Shown here: piece by piece, positions 1 through 10,729 of the stretch
How positions within the stretch are numbered: position 1 is the stretch's first letter
How the letters are laid out: each line of letters begins with the position of its first letter
Source: Catajapyx aquilonaris
Taxonomy: Eukaryota
Assembly (NCBI GenBank): GCA_000934665.2
Contig: KZ538871.1
Location: 1 to 43,242, forward strand
DNA: 43,242 bases
Direction of reading: 5' to 3'
The notes under the pieces: model-generated
Database searches by the model: none
What the model was told of the DNA's origin: nothing
What the model saw: the letters and a program-made list of their open reading frames with translations, nothing else
Position numbers and translations under genes: made by a program

Positions 1-279
1 GGGCCATTTCGTAAGCACAAGGTGAACAAGCCGTAAAGGGCAGGGAACGAGCCCGCCGCAGGCGAAATTTTTTGGGGGGTTCAAGGTCACACGAGGTTAG
101 GTGAATGTAGGAGATTTGAATGGGTGTCTATTTGATGAAATTGGTAGCACTTTTTCCAAAAAAATCAAAAATTAATAATTTATCATGCTATTTCAAACTG
201 TCCTGTATATTGTCGCGGTCCGGACAAAATTGCGTCGCGGTCCGGATCCGGACCGCGGTCCGCCAGTTGAATAGCCCTG
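1..279. mobile_element. Right end of a hAT-like MITE (left end outside window)
   Basis: Ends GTTGAATAGCCCTG after repeated GCGGTCCGGA subterminal motifs; TSD cannot be checked. Confidence 0.55.
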
Positions 280-374
280 CCTATGCCATAACTTTGAAAT
301 GTAAACTCCGAATAATTTATTGAAATATTTACTTAATTGAATGATGTTTCAAGACGACATTGGCGAAAAAAAAT

Positions 375-526
375 GATCTGGACAATTGTGATCTACAGAT
401 CATAGATCCCGTGGAAAAGGTATCTAGATAGAGAAAAAGATGCCCGAATTTAAAAGTATCTAGATCAGATCAAAGATCGTGGGTTTGGGGATCTAGATCA
501 TTTGATCTAGATCCTACCCAACACTG
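375..526. mobile_element. Right end of a hAT-like element with ATCTAGAT repeats
   Basis: Clustered (G)ATCTAGAT/AGATC motifs ending ACCCAACACTG; directly followed by a SINE fragment (acagccgcttccttcc) matching the 39674-40125 SINE. Confidence 0.5.
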
Positions 527-1153
527 GTAATAGGACACAGCCGCTTCCTTCCTTCCTTCCCTATATGCTTGGGCCAATACGATGGTGGTATTTCACCCCC
601 CCCCCCCCCAATGGAGCGCAGATTCTCCCAATGGGGTAAAATAAATAACATTATAAAAAATATTAAAAAATGATACACAAGGTAAACCAAGGTACACTGC
701 CATGGAACCAACTGGCATACCAATTTGGCTAGTGATTTATTACAAGATCAAAGAGAATGAAACCCAGATATTTGTGGTGCCGAGGGTGCATGGTGCATCA
801 CCAATAATAATGTCAGACGAGTCAAAGAGTGAAGTGGAACAATGGGGGCCTAGCCTTGGCCTGGGATTTGGGTAATTTGTACACGAATAGCTCAACCATA
901 CATATAAACCTACATTCCACCACTTTTCGGCACCAAAATGTCATTCCTCGATCAATTATTATCGGGGGTTTAAAAGTCACTCGAAATATTGGCCGGAAAA
1001 ACGGGGGCGTGGCCTCTGACAACAGTGACGTCAGCAGGTCGTTGTCGTTGCCTCGCGGTCGTTCGATTCGGCTGATTGGCGGTCGTTCGATTCCGTTGTT
1101 AGGCAACAAAAAAAGCAACAAAGCAATCGTGTTTGGGGGGGGGGGGGGGGGGA

Positions 1154-1239
1154 NNNNNNNNNNNNNNNNNNNNNNNNNNNNNNNNNNNNNNNNNNNNNNN
1201 NNNNNNNNNNNNNNNNNNNNNNNNNNNNNNNNNNNNNNN
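1154..1239. other. Assembly gap (86 N)
   Basis: N run between poly-G and poly-T tracts. Confidence 1.
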
Positions 1240-1323
1240 TTTTTTTTACAGGGGTTTGCAAAATGCGAGCTAGGACCAATGGCTAGGACCCCATTTGAAC
1301 TCCGCGCGCGTGTTTGTGAGTTA

Positions 1324-1597
1324 CATGACGTCATGGGGCAGTGATCCTTTCGGACGCGGCCAAACGGTGTTGCAGTTACTACGCGATTGATATATTTATT
1401 TGCAATGTGTTCTATATGCAAAATTGTGTTTTTAAAAGTACAATGCGACTTACAATTCCTGGCGAGCCTGCAGTGCATCTGTCAGTATTGCGACTTATCA
1501 CGGTTCACTCAGGGTCACGTGCGTAGATCGAAGGAGGAAAAAAAAAGAGGAGACGTAGAGAAGGGAAGGACGACACAGGGTCCAATATTAATCAGTT
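1324..1597 (+). promoter_or_regulatory. Putative promoter of tetraspanin A
   Basis: CRE TGACGTCA at 1326-1333 (another at 1026-1033), GTCACGTG at 1514-1521, Inr-like TCAGTT at 1592-1597; CpG-rich and upstream of ATG 1732. Confidence 0.5.
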
Positions 1598-1731
1598 GCA
1601 TAGGAGAGAGGAAGCGAGGAGACTGCGCGCAAGCAAAATCAGCAGGTCGTCGGTTTGTCAGTGGGACGAAGCTGCTCTGCTGAAGAAGAAGGAGCGAGGA
1701 TCAACGGGCCGGAGGAAAGGAAGCTGCAGCC

Positions 1732-1791
1732 ATGGGCGTAGGAGACGCCTGCAACCGGTTCATCCTCCTCTTGCTCAACGCCGTCTTTGCC
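1732..1791 (+). CDS. CD63-like tetraspanin (paralog A), coding exon 1 of 5
   Basis: gccATGG start; MGVGDACNRFILLLLNAVFA (TM1 with conserved Asn); donor GTAAGG at 1792, phase 0. Confidence 0.88.
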
Positions 1792-2217
1792 GTAAGGGGA
1801 CTTGAATAATGCGCCACCAATATTTGGCCATTCTGGTTCTGGCCTGGAGGCTTGTCATAGTACTGACAGTACTGCGCCTGATGTTGCTTGGGTAGCAGTA
1901 AGGGTGGGATGGGCACATTGCAACAGCATGGCATTGTGCTCATGACATTTGGCAATACAACAGGTGTGGATTTGACATGCATACTCACAAGCTGATAGCA
2001 GAGACACACTACCTGATGATAGCTTCATAATCAAGCATTTTATCTCGGAGATGACAGTTCACATTTTTCACCTTGGGCCACCAAAGGCATATTCATTTCA
2101 TCAATCAAGCTAATTTCATTCACTCTTTCCTTGTGTTGCCAATGTGTTCCAGTTACTAGGCCCAGTACTTTTAATGTATGGTTGCTCAGAACTGGCTCAA
2201 GACCAGTCTGGAGTTTA

Positions 2218-2450
2218 GGCCTCTTTCACATGGGGCCTCCAGGTGCTTGAATGCTGCAAGTGGAGCCTTTCACACATAGTAGTAGTTGGCAGTGCTGCCC
2301 ACGCGCTGCCAGAAATGCTGGTGGCATGCAGGGCGATTTTCGGCGGTGCCATGTGTTTGCATTGAATCATATGAAGACTTTTCTTGCGGCCAGCAGTGCC
2401 ACTTAATATATGCGGCAGCGCTGCCATGATGGCCTCGTGTGAAAATAGCC
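2218..2450. mobile_element. PIF/Harbinger-type MITE
   Basis: TTA TSD on both sides; imperfect 20-bp TIR GGCCTCTTTCACATGGGGCC versus GGCTATTTTCACACGAGGCC (reverse complement of right end). Confidence 0.7.
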
Positions 2451-4315
2451 TTAGAGTCTTTAGACCAGCTTTAGACCAAAGACACCAGGCTGCACAGTTT
2501 TGGTATAAGCAAAAACTTGATGAAAAGGGGCCGGGGGGTGGGTGGGGGAGAGGAAGGAGGAGGAGGAATCAAATAATTTCACAAATAGTCATATATTTAA
2601 AATGCAAAGAAAGTATAAGAATTTGATTATGGCTGCTGCTGATTAATTTTACTCTGAAGTTATCCTAAGAGGTTTTTTTGCTCTGGTGATTAAAGATTGA
2701 TCCACATGGCCAATATTGGAAGCACGAAGCACAGTATGATTTTTGGTTGCTTTCTTTGTGATAGGAATCAACCTATCTAACTGCTTGAAAGTGTTCGTGA
2801 CAAAAGTCATCCTGCAGCCCAAAGTTAATGTATGAGCCTGTATGGAAGGTGTGCCACATACATTATCAGCAATACAGAGGTCCTGTAAAATGTACCCCAT
2901 TTGCAAAAAGTGGCATTTTCCTTACATGTGGTATTGAAGCCTCTGTTTTAGTTTAGGTTAGACAGAGTTCAGGTAAGGGCATAATTAAGTTGAAACTTTT
3001 TCTACTTGATGTAGTTGAGCATGTTCTTGTACCAGATCATGCCCCATGCACATTTGTAGGTCTTGTCCTGATAATGACTGAATTCCAGATTTTGACATGT
3101 TGTGTACGAGATCATTTGTAAGTCCGGATATATTGGTTTATATTTCATGGTTTAATTGTCATGGAATTATATCAATGCTGAATATGGAATTATTACACAA
3201 TAAGGATAAAGTTCACATGAACTCATGAACTTGAAAGTATTTATTCATATCTGACACAGTGCTCCAATATGTGGTATCAGTTGGAAGTGAATATGTGTCT
3301 GGTTAGTCATACTCATTGCACATCCTGCATTGCAGCATGAAATGAGTCACATGAGCAAGGATTCAAGAAGCTTTGCAAAAGAACATGCGAAACATTTCCT
3401 TTAAGTTATGCATTGATGATATAACATTGTGTGCATCAGATTTCATATCAGACAAGGAAGCATAAGGTTCAGAAGTTGCTGTAGTTGGTCTTAGCTTAGT
3501 CTGAATGGCTCGGTGGGTTTTTCCAGTCCATTTAGTATGGCAAGGTATGGAGAAGAGGGATGGAAAAACCCTGAAAACTTCACAGAATTAGTTTGGGCTG
3601 ACTCTAGGTGATATGAGTCAAAGCCAAGTGCTACATGGATTATATTTAACACTATATTATTAAAGCCATTGGGGTAGTTGAGTAATGAATCAAAAAGCTT
3701 GTATAACCATTGAAACACTTCAGAACATATGGGAGTGCATGATGCGCATGAGAGGCCAGTTGCAATTTGATATCACCTAACAAACAGGGGTGGATTTTGC
3801 CCAGATTCCCAGGTGCATCTACCCATTTCAATTGAAATTGACAGATTTTGTGATTTGGTGTTGTTTGTTGTTCTCTAAGGTTGCCTGTACCATACACAGT
3901 AAAAATCACCCATATCTCTTATAAGCAGTTTTAAAAATTGCTGAATGTTATTGCATATGAGGCAGTAAACCCATTTTGGTGTTGCATCACTTGTTTACTT
4001 GAGATAATTTTGAATAAAATAGAAAATCATGAAAATTACCCAACTGGCTGGCTGGCGCCCCTGGGTATTCTGGCCCCCTTTTATACCACGTTTAATACTG
4101 GTGTCAGTATGCATATTGCATGGTAAAATGGTAGCATAGCATGTGTTTTCGATTTTACCTTGCATTAAGGGAGATGTTGCTTTCATTGTATTTATACACA
4201 CACAAATGTACGTATAATATTTGAATAACGTTTGTATTTTTATACCTGAGCATTCCTGACTTAATGGATTTAATTTTTAATTACATTAGTTCATTGTTCA
4301 TCATCTTTCTTTTAG

Positions 4316-4504
4316 ATATGCGGAATAGTGCTTGTAGCCCTGGGAGTGGTCCTTAAGGTTCTTTTCGACGACTACTTAAACTTTGAAGGGGATGCTGTGT
4401 GGTCTCCAAGCATTTTCATCATCATCTTAGGGACGGCCATCTTCCTGGTGGCATCCTTTGGATGCTTTGGTGCCTCACAGAAAAATCCTTGCCTCATCTA
4501 TACG
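4316..4504 (+). CDS. CD63-like tetraspanin (paralog A), exon 2
   Basis: tttcttttag acceptor; ICGIVLVALG...ASFGCFGASQKNPCLIYT; donor GTATGT; 189 nt, same as exon 2 of paralog B. Confidence 0.93.
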
Positions 4505-4921
4505 GTATGTGTGGAATGTTCTTCATTGTGTGTATTTGTTATGACATCGCATTCCTGTAATCCATGTGTCCTAAGCAGCTGTCTCCCACCACTGAGGGGT
4601 ATATGGTTTGTGACCTTGCTGCTGTGGCTGTGGTAGTCCCCCCATACAATTAAGCCATGCAGCAGACTATGCACATTTTCCAACCCTGACCTTTCACATT
4701 GGACAAACTTTTCAGTTCTGAAAAAAGGCCATCAGCATTGGAATAAAGAGTTTTTTTGCCAGATTTTAGAGCCCAGGTTGCAAATCAGTGCCCCATTAAT
4801 CCTAGATTTTGACCAGACCTGAAAACTTGGGGGAAACCAAAGTAATGGAAAAATCCTTCTTGTACAGTAGATGAAAATTAGAAAAATCGTTTAAGCCCTG
4901 TTTACCTGTGAGCATTTTGAA

Positions 4922-5059
4922 GAGCGAACTCTGATAACATCCCTGAGTAACCCGAATAACCAGTATTGTTTGAGGCAAAAATCTATTGTTACGTTCACCT
5001 CAAACAATATTGGTTACTTGTGTTACTCAGGATGTTATCGCTCGGTGAAGTCTTCGCTC
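4922..5059. repeat. Inverted repeat (core of a foldback element)
   Basis: 4933-4975 pairs with 4998-5039; weaker pairing extends outward. Confidence 0.7.
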
Positions 5060-5315
5060 GTGAAATCACTCACATGAAAACGCGACTTTACAGTTTCAAT
5101 TTTGTGCAAATTTTTGGTCCTCAAAGTATTAACAAATTCAATGAAAATAAGAATTTTGAATTGTTGTGCGTTCTTAATTTTGGAACTTTCCCAATAGAAG
5201 TCCACTCTCTTTGGCTCTTGCAAGTATTTTAGAATATGCCCAAATTAGGTTGCAGTTTGAATTCTGCCCGGGGGGGAAGGGGGGGGGGGTTTAAACTACC
5301 TAATTACATTAATGT

Positions 5316-5539
5316 ACCTTGATATAACGCGCTTCAAGAGACCGCCCAAAAGTAGTGTAAGTGGGATAGCGTTATATGCGAGATAATTTACAAATGATCA
5401 AGGGACGGGGGAAAAGGGGCGTTAAAAGGGAGAAAGCGTTATATGCGAGATAATTTACAAATTATCAAGGGACGGGGGAAAAGGGGCGTTAAAAGGGAGA
5501 AAGCGTTATATGCGGGAGAGTTATATCAAGGTTTTACTG
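5316..5539. mobile_element. pogo/Tigger-like MITE with internal 67-bp tandem duplication
   Basis: ACCTTGATATAAC...GTTATATCAAGGTTTTACTG|TA; left terminus truncated; repeat units start at 5368, 5435 and 5502. Confidence 0.7.
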
Positions 5540-5577
5540 TATTCTATAATAATGAGTTATTCTGTAATAATTCACAG

Positions 5578-5757
5578 TTTGCCTTCATTATGACCTGCAT
5601 CTTCCTGGTTGAAGTTGGTGCTGGAATTACTGCTGCTGTGATGCAAAAGAGCATGAAGCAAGAAATTGAAAATGCTCTTCAAGATGCTATGGCCAAGTAC
5701 AATGTGACGTATCATGGCTACCATGGAACCACAATCTGGGACTCCATGCAGTCTAAG
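5578..5757 (+). CDS. CD63-like tetraspanin (paralog A), exon 3
   Basis: ttcacag acceptor; FAFIMTCIFLVEVGAGI...IWDSMQSK (TM3 with Glu, start of large extracellular loop); donor GTGGGT. Confidence 0.93.
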
Positions 5758-6087
5758 GTGGGTTGCTGGCAAGAGATTAAATCCTAGGATTGTTTTCTTT
5801 TAGTATGGATATGCCAGTTGTCACCAGTATCGTAACTCAGGACAAATTTTATATCAGTGTCTTAATAATATGTCTACCAAAATAATTCGAGTGGCAAATC
5901 AAACTTGGCCTTCCTGCAAAAGTGTCACTCTTGGTGCTCTTTTTTTTGGCATAATATGTTGTTGCAGCCTAATGCCGAGTTATGCTTGCTCCATATGCTT
6001 GATATTCTTGATTTTTAAGACCACTTTATTAGCGTGTTCAATGCTGGGATTCCACTATGGGTATATTCAATACCCTATCCCTTACAG

Positions 6088-6333
6088 TTTCATTGCTGTG
6101 GGGTGTTGAACTACACTGACTGGAAAGACACTCCCTTTGGCCATGAGGAGGATGTCCCTGACTCCTGTTGCATAAAGAAGGCGGCAGGGCCAAGGTGTGG
6201 AAAGGATGTGCTGGTAAACCCCTTGAAGCAGGATGATGTGTACCACAAGGGATGCTGGAGCCTTCTGGAAGAGACTCTGAGAGACAAACTTATTATTGTC
6301 ATTGCAGTGGCTGCTGGTGTCCTGCTGCTGCAG
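6088..6333 (+). CDS. CD63-like tetraspanin (paralog A), exon 4
   Basis: cttacag acceptor; tetraspanin motifs CCG, PDSCC, GC (6 Cys in loop); donor GTCAGT. Confidence 0.95.
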
Positions 6334-6894
6334 GTCAGTTTACAACAAAATGCATATTTTTAAGAAGGTTATAGCACAGGATTGGTTTTGCTATGTTGCA
6401 TAATAATGCTATAAGGAGGTAATTCTCAGTAGTGAAACCTGCCTGCAGTAGATCCTGGCTGTAGAGATTTGGCTACATGGTAGCCATGTCTATTGGCAGG
6501 TAAATGCTGGATGTTCCTATTGAAATGTCATTTTACCAATCTTTTGGAGCTAGACTGCTTCTTTTAAAATCTGAAGTTACTTTTGGATAGTAACTTTAGT
6601 GATCATCAAAAGTATTAACTGCTAGTGTCTACACTTGTCAGGATAGATATTGTTGATGTAAAAGGTCGACATCTCCAGGACGGATTGTTACTGGCCTTTC
6701 CGGCCCATTCCATGCTTCTTCCATTAGCACCCCCTACCACCCACAACATTTTGGCAAATGATTTCACATACACCCTGTATATACCACTGGAAAGCTCATT
6801 TAACAGGATTTCCATACATCACTCTTCGCCAAAAGTGAAAGTCAGTCTATCACTCATGAAATCATCACAGATGTAGATGTGAGCTTAAATAATT

Positions 6895-7142
6895 GAGGCG
6901 CTCCGAGGAAAAACGGCATATCCCAACCAGAGTTCATTTTGAGATAAACAGCTTTTTGTGTTGCAAGAGAGTAGGATTGTCCATTGCGGACCAATTTTAC
7001 AAGTGGAATATGTGAGCTTTGGCATATGCCAATGCATTTGGGACTTCAGCATATGAAAGGTAGATGGCAGGAGAGTACAAAAGCACTACAATCTCAAAAT
7101 CGGAGGTCGGTTGGGATATGCCGTTTTTCCTCGGAGCGCCTC
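6895..7142. mobile_element. MITE with GAG...CTC ends and AATT flanks (Sola-like)
   Basis: Perfect 34-bp TIR GAGGCGCTCCGAGGAAAAACGGCATATCCCAACC; AATT on both sides. Confidence 0.8.
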
Positions 7143-7326
7143 AATTGTGAACACATGGTATAAAGGATGTGCAGGTAGACAGTTCAATTGAACACTCATG
7201 AAACACTCATGCTGGTCCATTTGCATGGAAAGTGTCCAATTTCTTACAGCTGCAAGTCAAATTATACTGGAAAATACCATCAAGGATTTGCAATAATTTG
7301 GAAGTTGGACTCTGGTTTGCCTAGTA

Positions 7327-8466
7327 TATGGGTTGTCCAAATGAAAAGGTGATGGATTGTTGTATCACACACCCCCAGCATGGCATTAAAATGCCAAGTG
7401 TGGCAATTGGTTACTGGTTCCGTCAGGGAGCATATACTACATAAGAGGTGCAAACATTCTGTTTATAGGGCGTTGCCAAGGCTGGCGGCCATTTTGAAGT
7501 GTGTGGTGCGCCAACGAGGTATAAATAGGGTATAGGCGGGTCGTCAAGGTCCGCGATCTTCGATGGTTTTGGCTGCCATGGCAATACACGGCAACAACAA
7601 TTTACTTACCCATTCCAATATCGAATTCAAATTCGCGCGTGTTCTTGCCGTGTAGTTGCCATGGCCGCCAAAACCATCAAAGATGGTGGACCTTATTTTT
7701 GCCTGTACACTATTTATACCTCGTTGGCATACCACACACTTCAACATGGCCGCCAGCCTTGGCAATGCCCTATAAACAGAGAGACGCGAACATCAAAGGC
7801 GCCGACAGAAGTTTGCGCCTCTTATGTAGTATATGCTCCCTGGTTCCGTACTCAACTGTACCTGTGAGTTTCATATGTATGACATCGGGTGTTCTTGAGC
7901 AGGAATTTTTGATAGCTTACAGGGTGAGTCGTATGTCCATCCAGTGCACATGTTTACACCCTCATGACTTGAGCCAAAGGCCCACCAGGTCTCTCAAATC
8001 ATAAGAAGTGACCACTGCTGGGACGAACGAGTAGATAGAAATTGTTGAATTGATGCTGCGTGTTTTGCTATAATTTACAGCTAATTCTGCTATGTCTGAG
8101 GTGCCTCGGTCACGTTTAAAAACCACGTGCAAAAGGCTCTCAATTCCACTCTGGAGGTCAAGGTCTTCGACTTAACCAATTCTGGAGAGGTGTTGGAGGT
8201 TTCCCTGAAGGTCGTGCCCGGTCACTACTTATTTGCCCCAACAATTGTTACTTCTTATGATGGTGGATGTCTGTCGCACATTGGACGGACACACGACTCA
8301 TCCTGCTAGCTATCAAAAATTGCTGTTCTTGAGCACCTGATGTCATCCACACCTGTGTAACTCACCGGTGAAGTTGTCTATGGAACCGGTAACAATTAGG
8401 CACACTTGGCTTTTAAATATCATGCCAGAGGGGTGTGCTACAACGCTCATCACCTTTTCATCCATA
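7327..8466. mobile_element. mariner-like foldback element interrupted by a nested MITE
   Basis: 7341-7423 plus 7850-7945 are the reverse complement of about 8280-8461; TA-flanked end TATGGGTTGTCCAAATGAAAAGG resembles mariner TIRs. Confidence 0.7.
7424..7842. mobile_element. Palindromic MITE with CAGGG ends and 7-bp TSD (P-like)
   Basis: TIR CAGGGAGCATATACTACATAAGAGG; TSD GTTCCGT at 7417-7423 and 7843-7849; self-complementary nearly throughout. Confidence 0.85.
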
Positions 8467-8592
8467 TATGTATGTTTCATGCTAATGTAATGTGCCAGAC
8501 AAATTCTGTGACTTTCCTTGCTTCTATCAAATATGAGGGAGGGAATGTTCTGCTTTAGGACAATTTCAAATGGTCTTATCTTCTTTTTTCAG

Positions 8593-8676
8593 ATCTTGGA
8601 AATTGTGATGGCAGTGAGCCTGGGCAAGGCCATTCAAAAGGGCTACAGGCGTTTGCAGGATGAGCAGTGTTATTAA
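8593..8676 (+). CDS. CD63-like tetraspanin (paralog A), exon 5 (last)
   Basis: ttcttttttcag acceptor; ILEIVMAVSLGKAIQKGYRRLQDEQCY*; completes TM4 and carries a GYXXL motif. Confidence 0.88.
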   Translation: MLEIVMAVSLGKAIQKGYRRLQDEQCY

Positions 8677-9232
8677 AATGCACTGTCACACAATGAAGTT
8701 TCTCATTTTGCACACATCTTTTTTGAACAAGTAAAATGCTTAACTCAGTCACACTTGCATTGGTCAGCTCGTAAGGGATATTTCAAACAACATTTGAGTA
8801 TGCCATTGTTTTAAAAAATATTAGGTCACAGTATGTACTATGGAATTGTTTTAAATTGCATTCTCCGAGTGTCATTCATGCCCTGCACTATATAACAGAA
8901 ATGTGTGGAAATTTGACAACTGGAAGATAAAATACATAGAGGAATGTATCTCAATTCATCTCAATGTCAGTACCTCCAGTTGTGATGTGTTGTTTTGCAT
9001 TGCAAGAATGAGTTGGGAAAATAACAAATCTGCCAGTATACATTACTCTTGATGTCCAAATTAATTATGGCCTTTTAAAAGCATTATTATTAAAAGGACT
9101 GTTGAGTAAAATTTTGAAGCGCAAATGAGGCTGAAGGTGTGATTAATTATGAATGCATTTATGACAGTCAGTTTGATCCCTCCACGTATTGCGTAATTGT
9201 TGAGGACAACAAAGATTATTTTCCTGCACTGA

Positions 9233-9258
9233 CAGAGAGAGAGAGAGAGAGAGAGAGG
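9233..9258 (+). repeat. (GA)n microsatellite in the putative 3'UTR of tetraspanin A
   Basis: Direct reading. Confidence 0.9.
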
Positions 9259-9593
9259 GTATTACACATGTATATGAATATTACAATTAACTTGGATATT
9301 TTGCATATAATATACTGTATAATGCTTATTTGATTTCCTAGTCTTAGATAACAGATTTCATGTGTCATCGGTATTTTTTGGTACAAAAGCCATTAAAACA
9401 GTCTGTGATTACATTTTACCTATTGATTTCTTAGATTGTTGCAATAGTCATGCCTCTTATGACATTGCAAGAACCTTAACCTTTGTACCCTGTGATAGAT
9501 AGAATACGTCACCTGTGTATCATTTGCTAGCGAAATCAAACGCAATGTTTGAACTATCAAGATTTAAGAATGTAAATTTAATTCAGGCACATA

Positions 9594-9599
9594 AATAAA
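9594..9599 (+). terminator. Candidate polyadenylation signal of tetraspanin A
   Basis: AATAAA about 920 nt after the stop; an ATTAAA near 9392 is an alternative. Confidence 0.35.
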
Positions 9600-9850
9600 G
9601 GGTTGAATAGAAAGTAAGACCTGCATGGTGGTAGCAGTTTTATTATTATCATGTCATGTTACCCAAGCTTTAGTACCAAGATCCTCTTCACCAGTGTGAT
9701 GGGCAAGTTTTCTTATTTTCACACAATATTCGGGACAAGTGGCGTAAATTTAAGCCTGAGATCTTTCTCAACACAGAGTCGATGATCTTATTTAGTTTTC
9801 ATGGACGTTATTGCCAAAAAACATGCTTCACATAAATCGGTCATAGTACA

Positions 9851-10333
9851 CAGTAGCAAAAAATAATTCGGTAGGCGCGTTTCGAAGGGAACTTTTTTTT
9901 TTTGTCTGGAAACGCTCCGTTAATCTGAAAAATCGCGAACTAGGTGCCATGTGCAAAGGTTTGGCCTTTACAATGGTACCATACTCGATATGATTGCATT
10001 AAAATTGTGGACATACGGGCGCAGAAGCGTGCCCAATTCTGTTGCGTTTCCTGGTGCCATGTTATACAAATGGGCGCTTCGGGAATGCCATTTTCCTCTC
10101 ACTTCAACTCGATGAAAGGGAATTTCGAGACCGAAAATGGAAAAAAAAAAAAGAAAAACTAGTTGCCCTGTGCCAGGTCATCTACTATTTTTTGTGTCGA
10201 TTGCACCATTTTTGCGGCCGTACTGGCACAGAAGCATAGACATCTCGAATCCCCATATGCTCCCCATGCATAAGCGAGTTTGTTTGGGTTGTTGCCAAGG
10301 GCTCCGCATCGTTACCGTATTTTATTGGTACTG
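9851..10333. mobile_element. Dispersed non-autonomous element, homologous to 42258-42765
   Basis: Shares long blocks with the 42 kb copy, e.g. atggtaccatactcgatatgattgcattaaaattgtggacatacgggcgc; short terminal inverted repeats. Confidence 0.8.
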
Positions 10334-10335
10334 TA

Positions 10336-10729
10336 CAGTGCTGGACATATTAGCTGTCGCTGAATGTTTTTTTCCGGCGGCGACGTTACCTGGCAACCCC
10401 GTCCGGTGGGCCAATTCAAACACCAGCACATGGAGAGTGCTTCCATTGTTGCCACTGTTTACAAATCAAGTGAGTGACGCGGACGACCCAGCGACAGGTC
10501 TCTTCTGCCTGCTTACACAGTATCTGCAGGGATATATGCAGGAAAGAATGGGAAAAATAATGATGTTAGAAGCAATAAGTCATTTTGGGGTCACTCCCTC
10601 AATTTGTAAACAGTGGCAACAATGGAAGCGCACTCCATGGGCTGATGTTTGAATTGGCCCGCCAGACAGGGTTGCCAGGTAACGCCGCCGGAAAAAAACA
10701 TTCAGCGACGGCTAATTTGTCCAGCACTG
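10336..10729. mobile_element. Tc1/mariner-type MITE with about 130-bp TIRs
   Basis: TA|CAGTGCTGGACA...TGTCCAGCACTG|TA. Confidence 0.88.

Noticed and set aside
822..1478. 218 aa and 171 aa ORFs
   Set aside because: They run through the N gap and poly-G tract
5368..5513. Direct repeats as a CRISPR-like array
   Set aside because: Contiguous tandem units without spacers, inside a eukaryotic MITE
10137..10652. 171 aa ORF
   Set aside because: Spans two adjacent MITEs; no transposase motif
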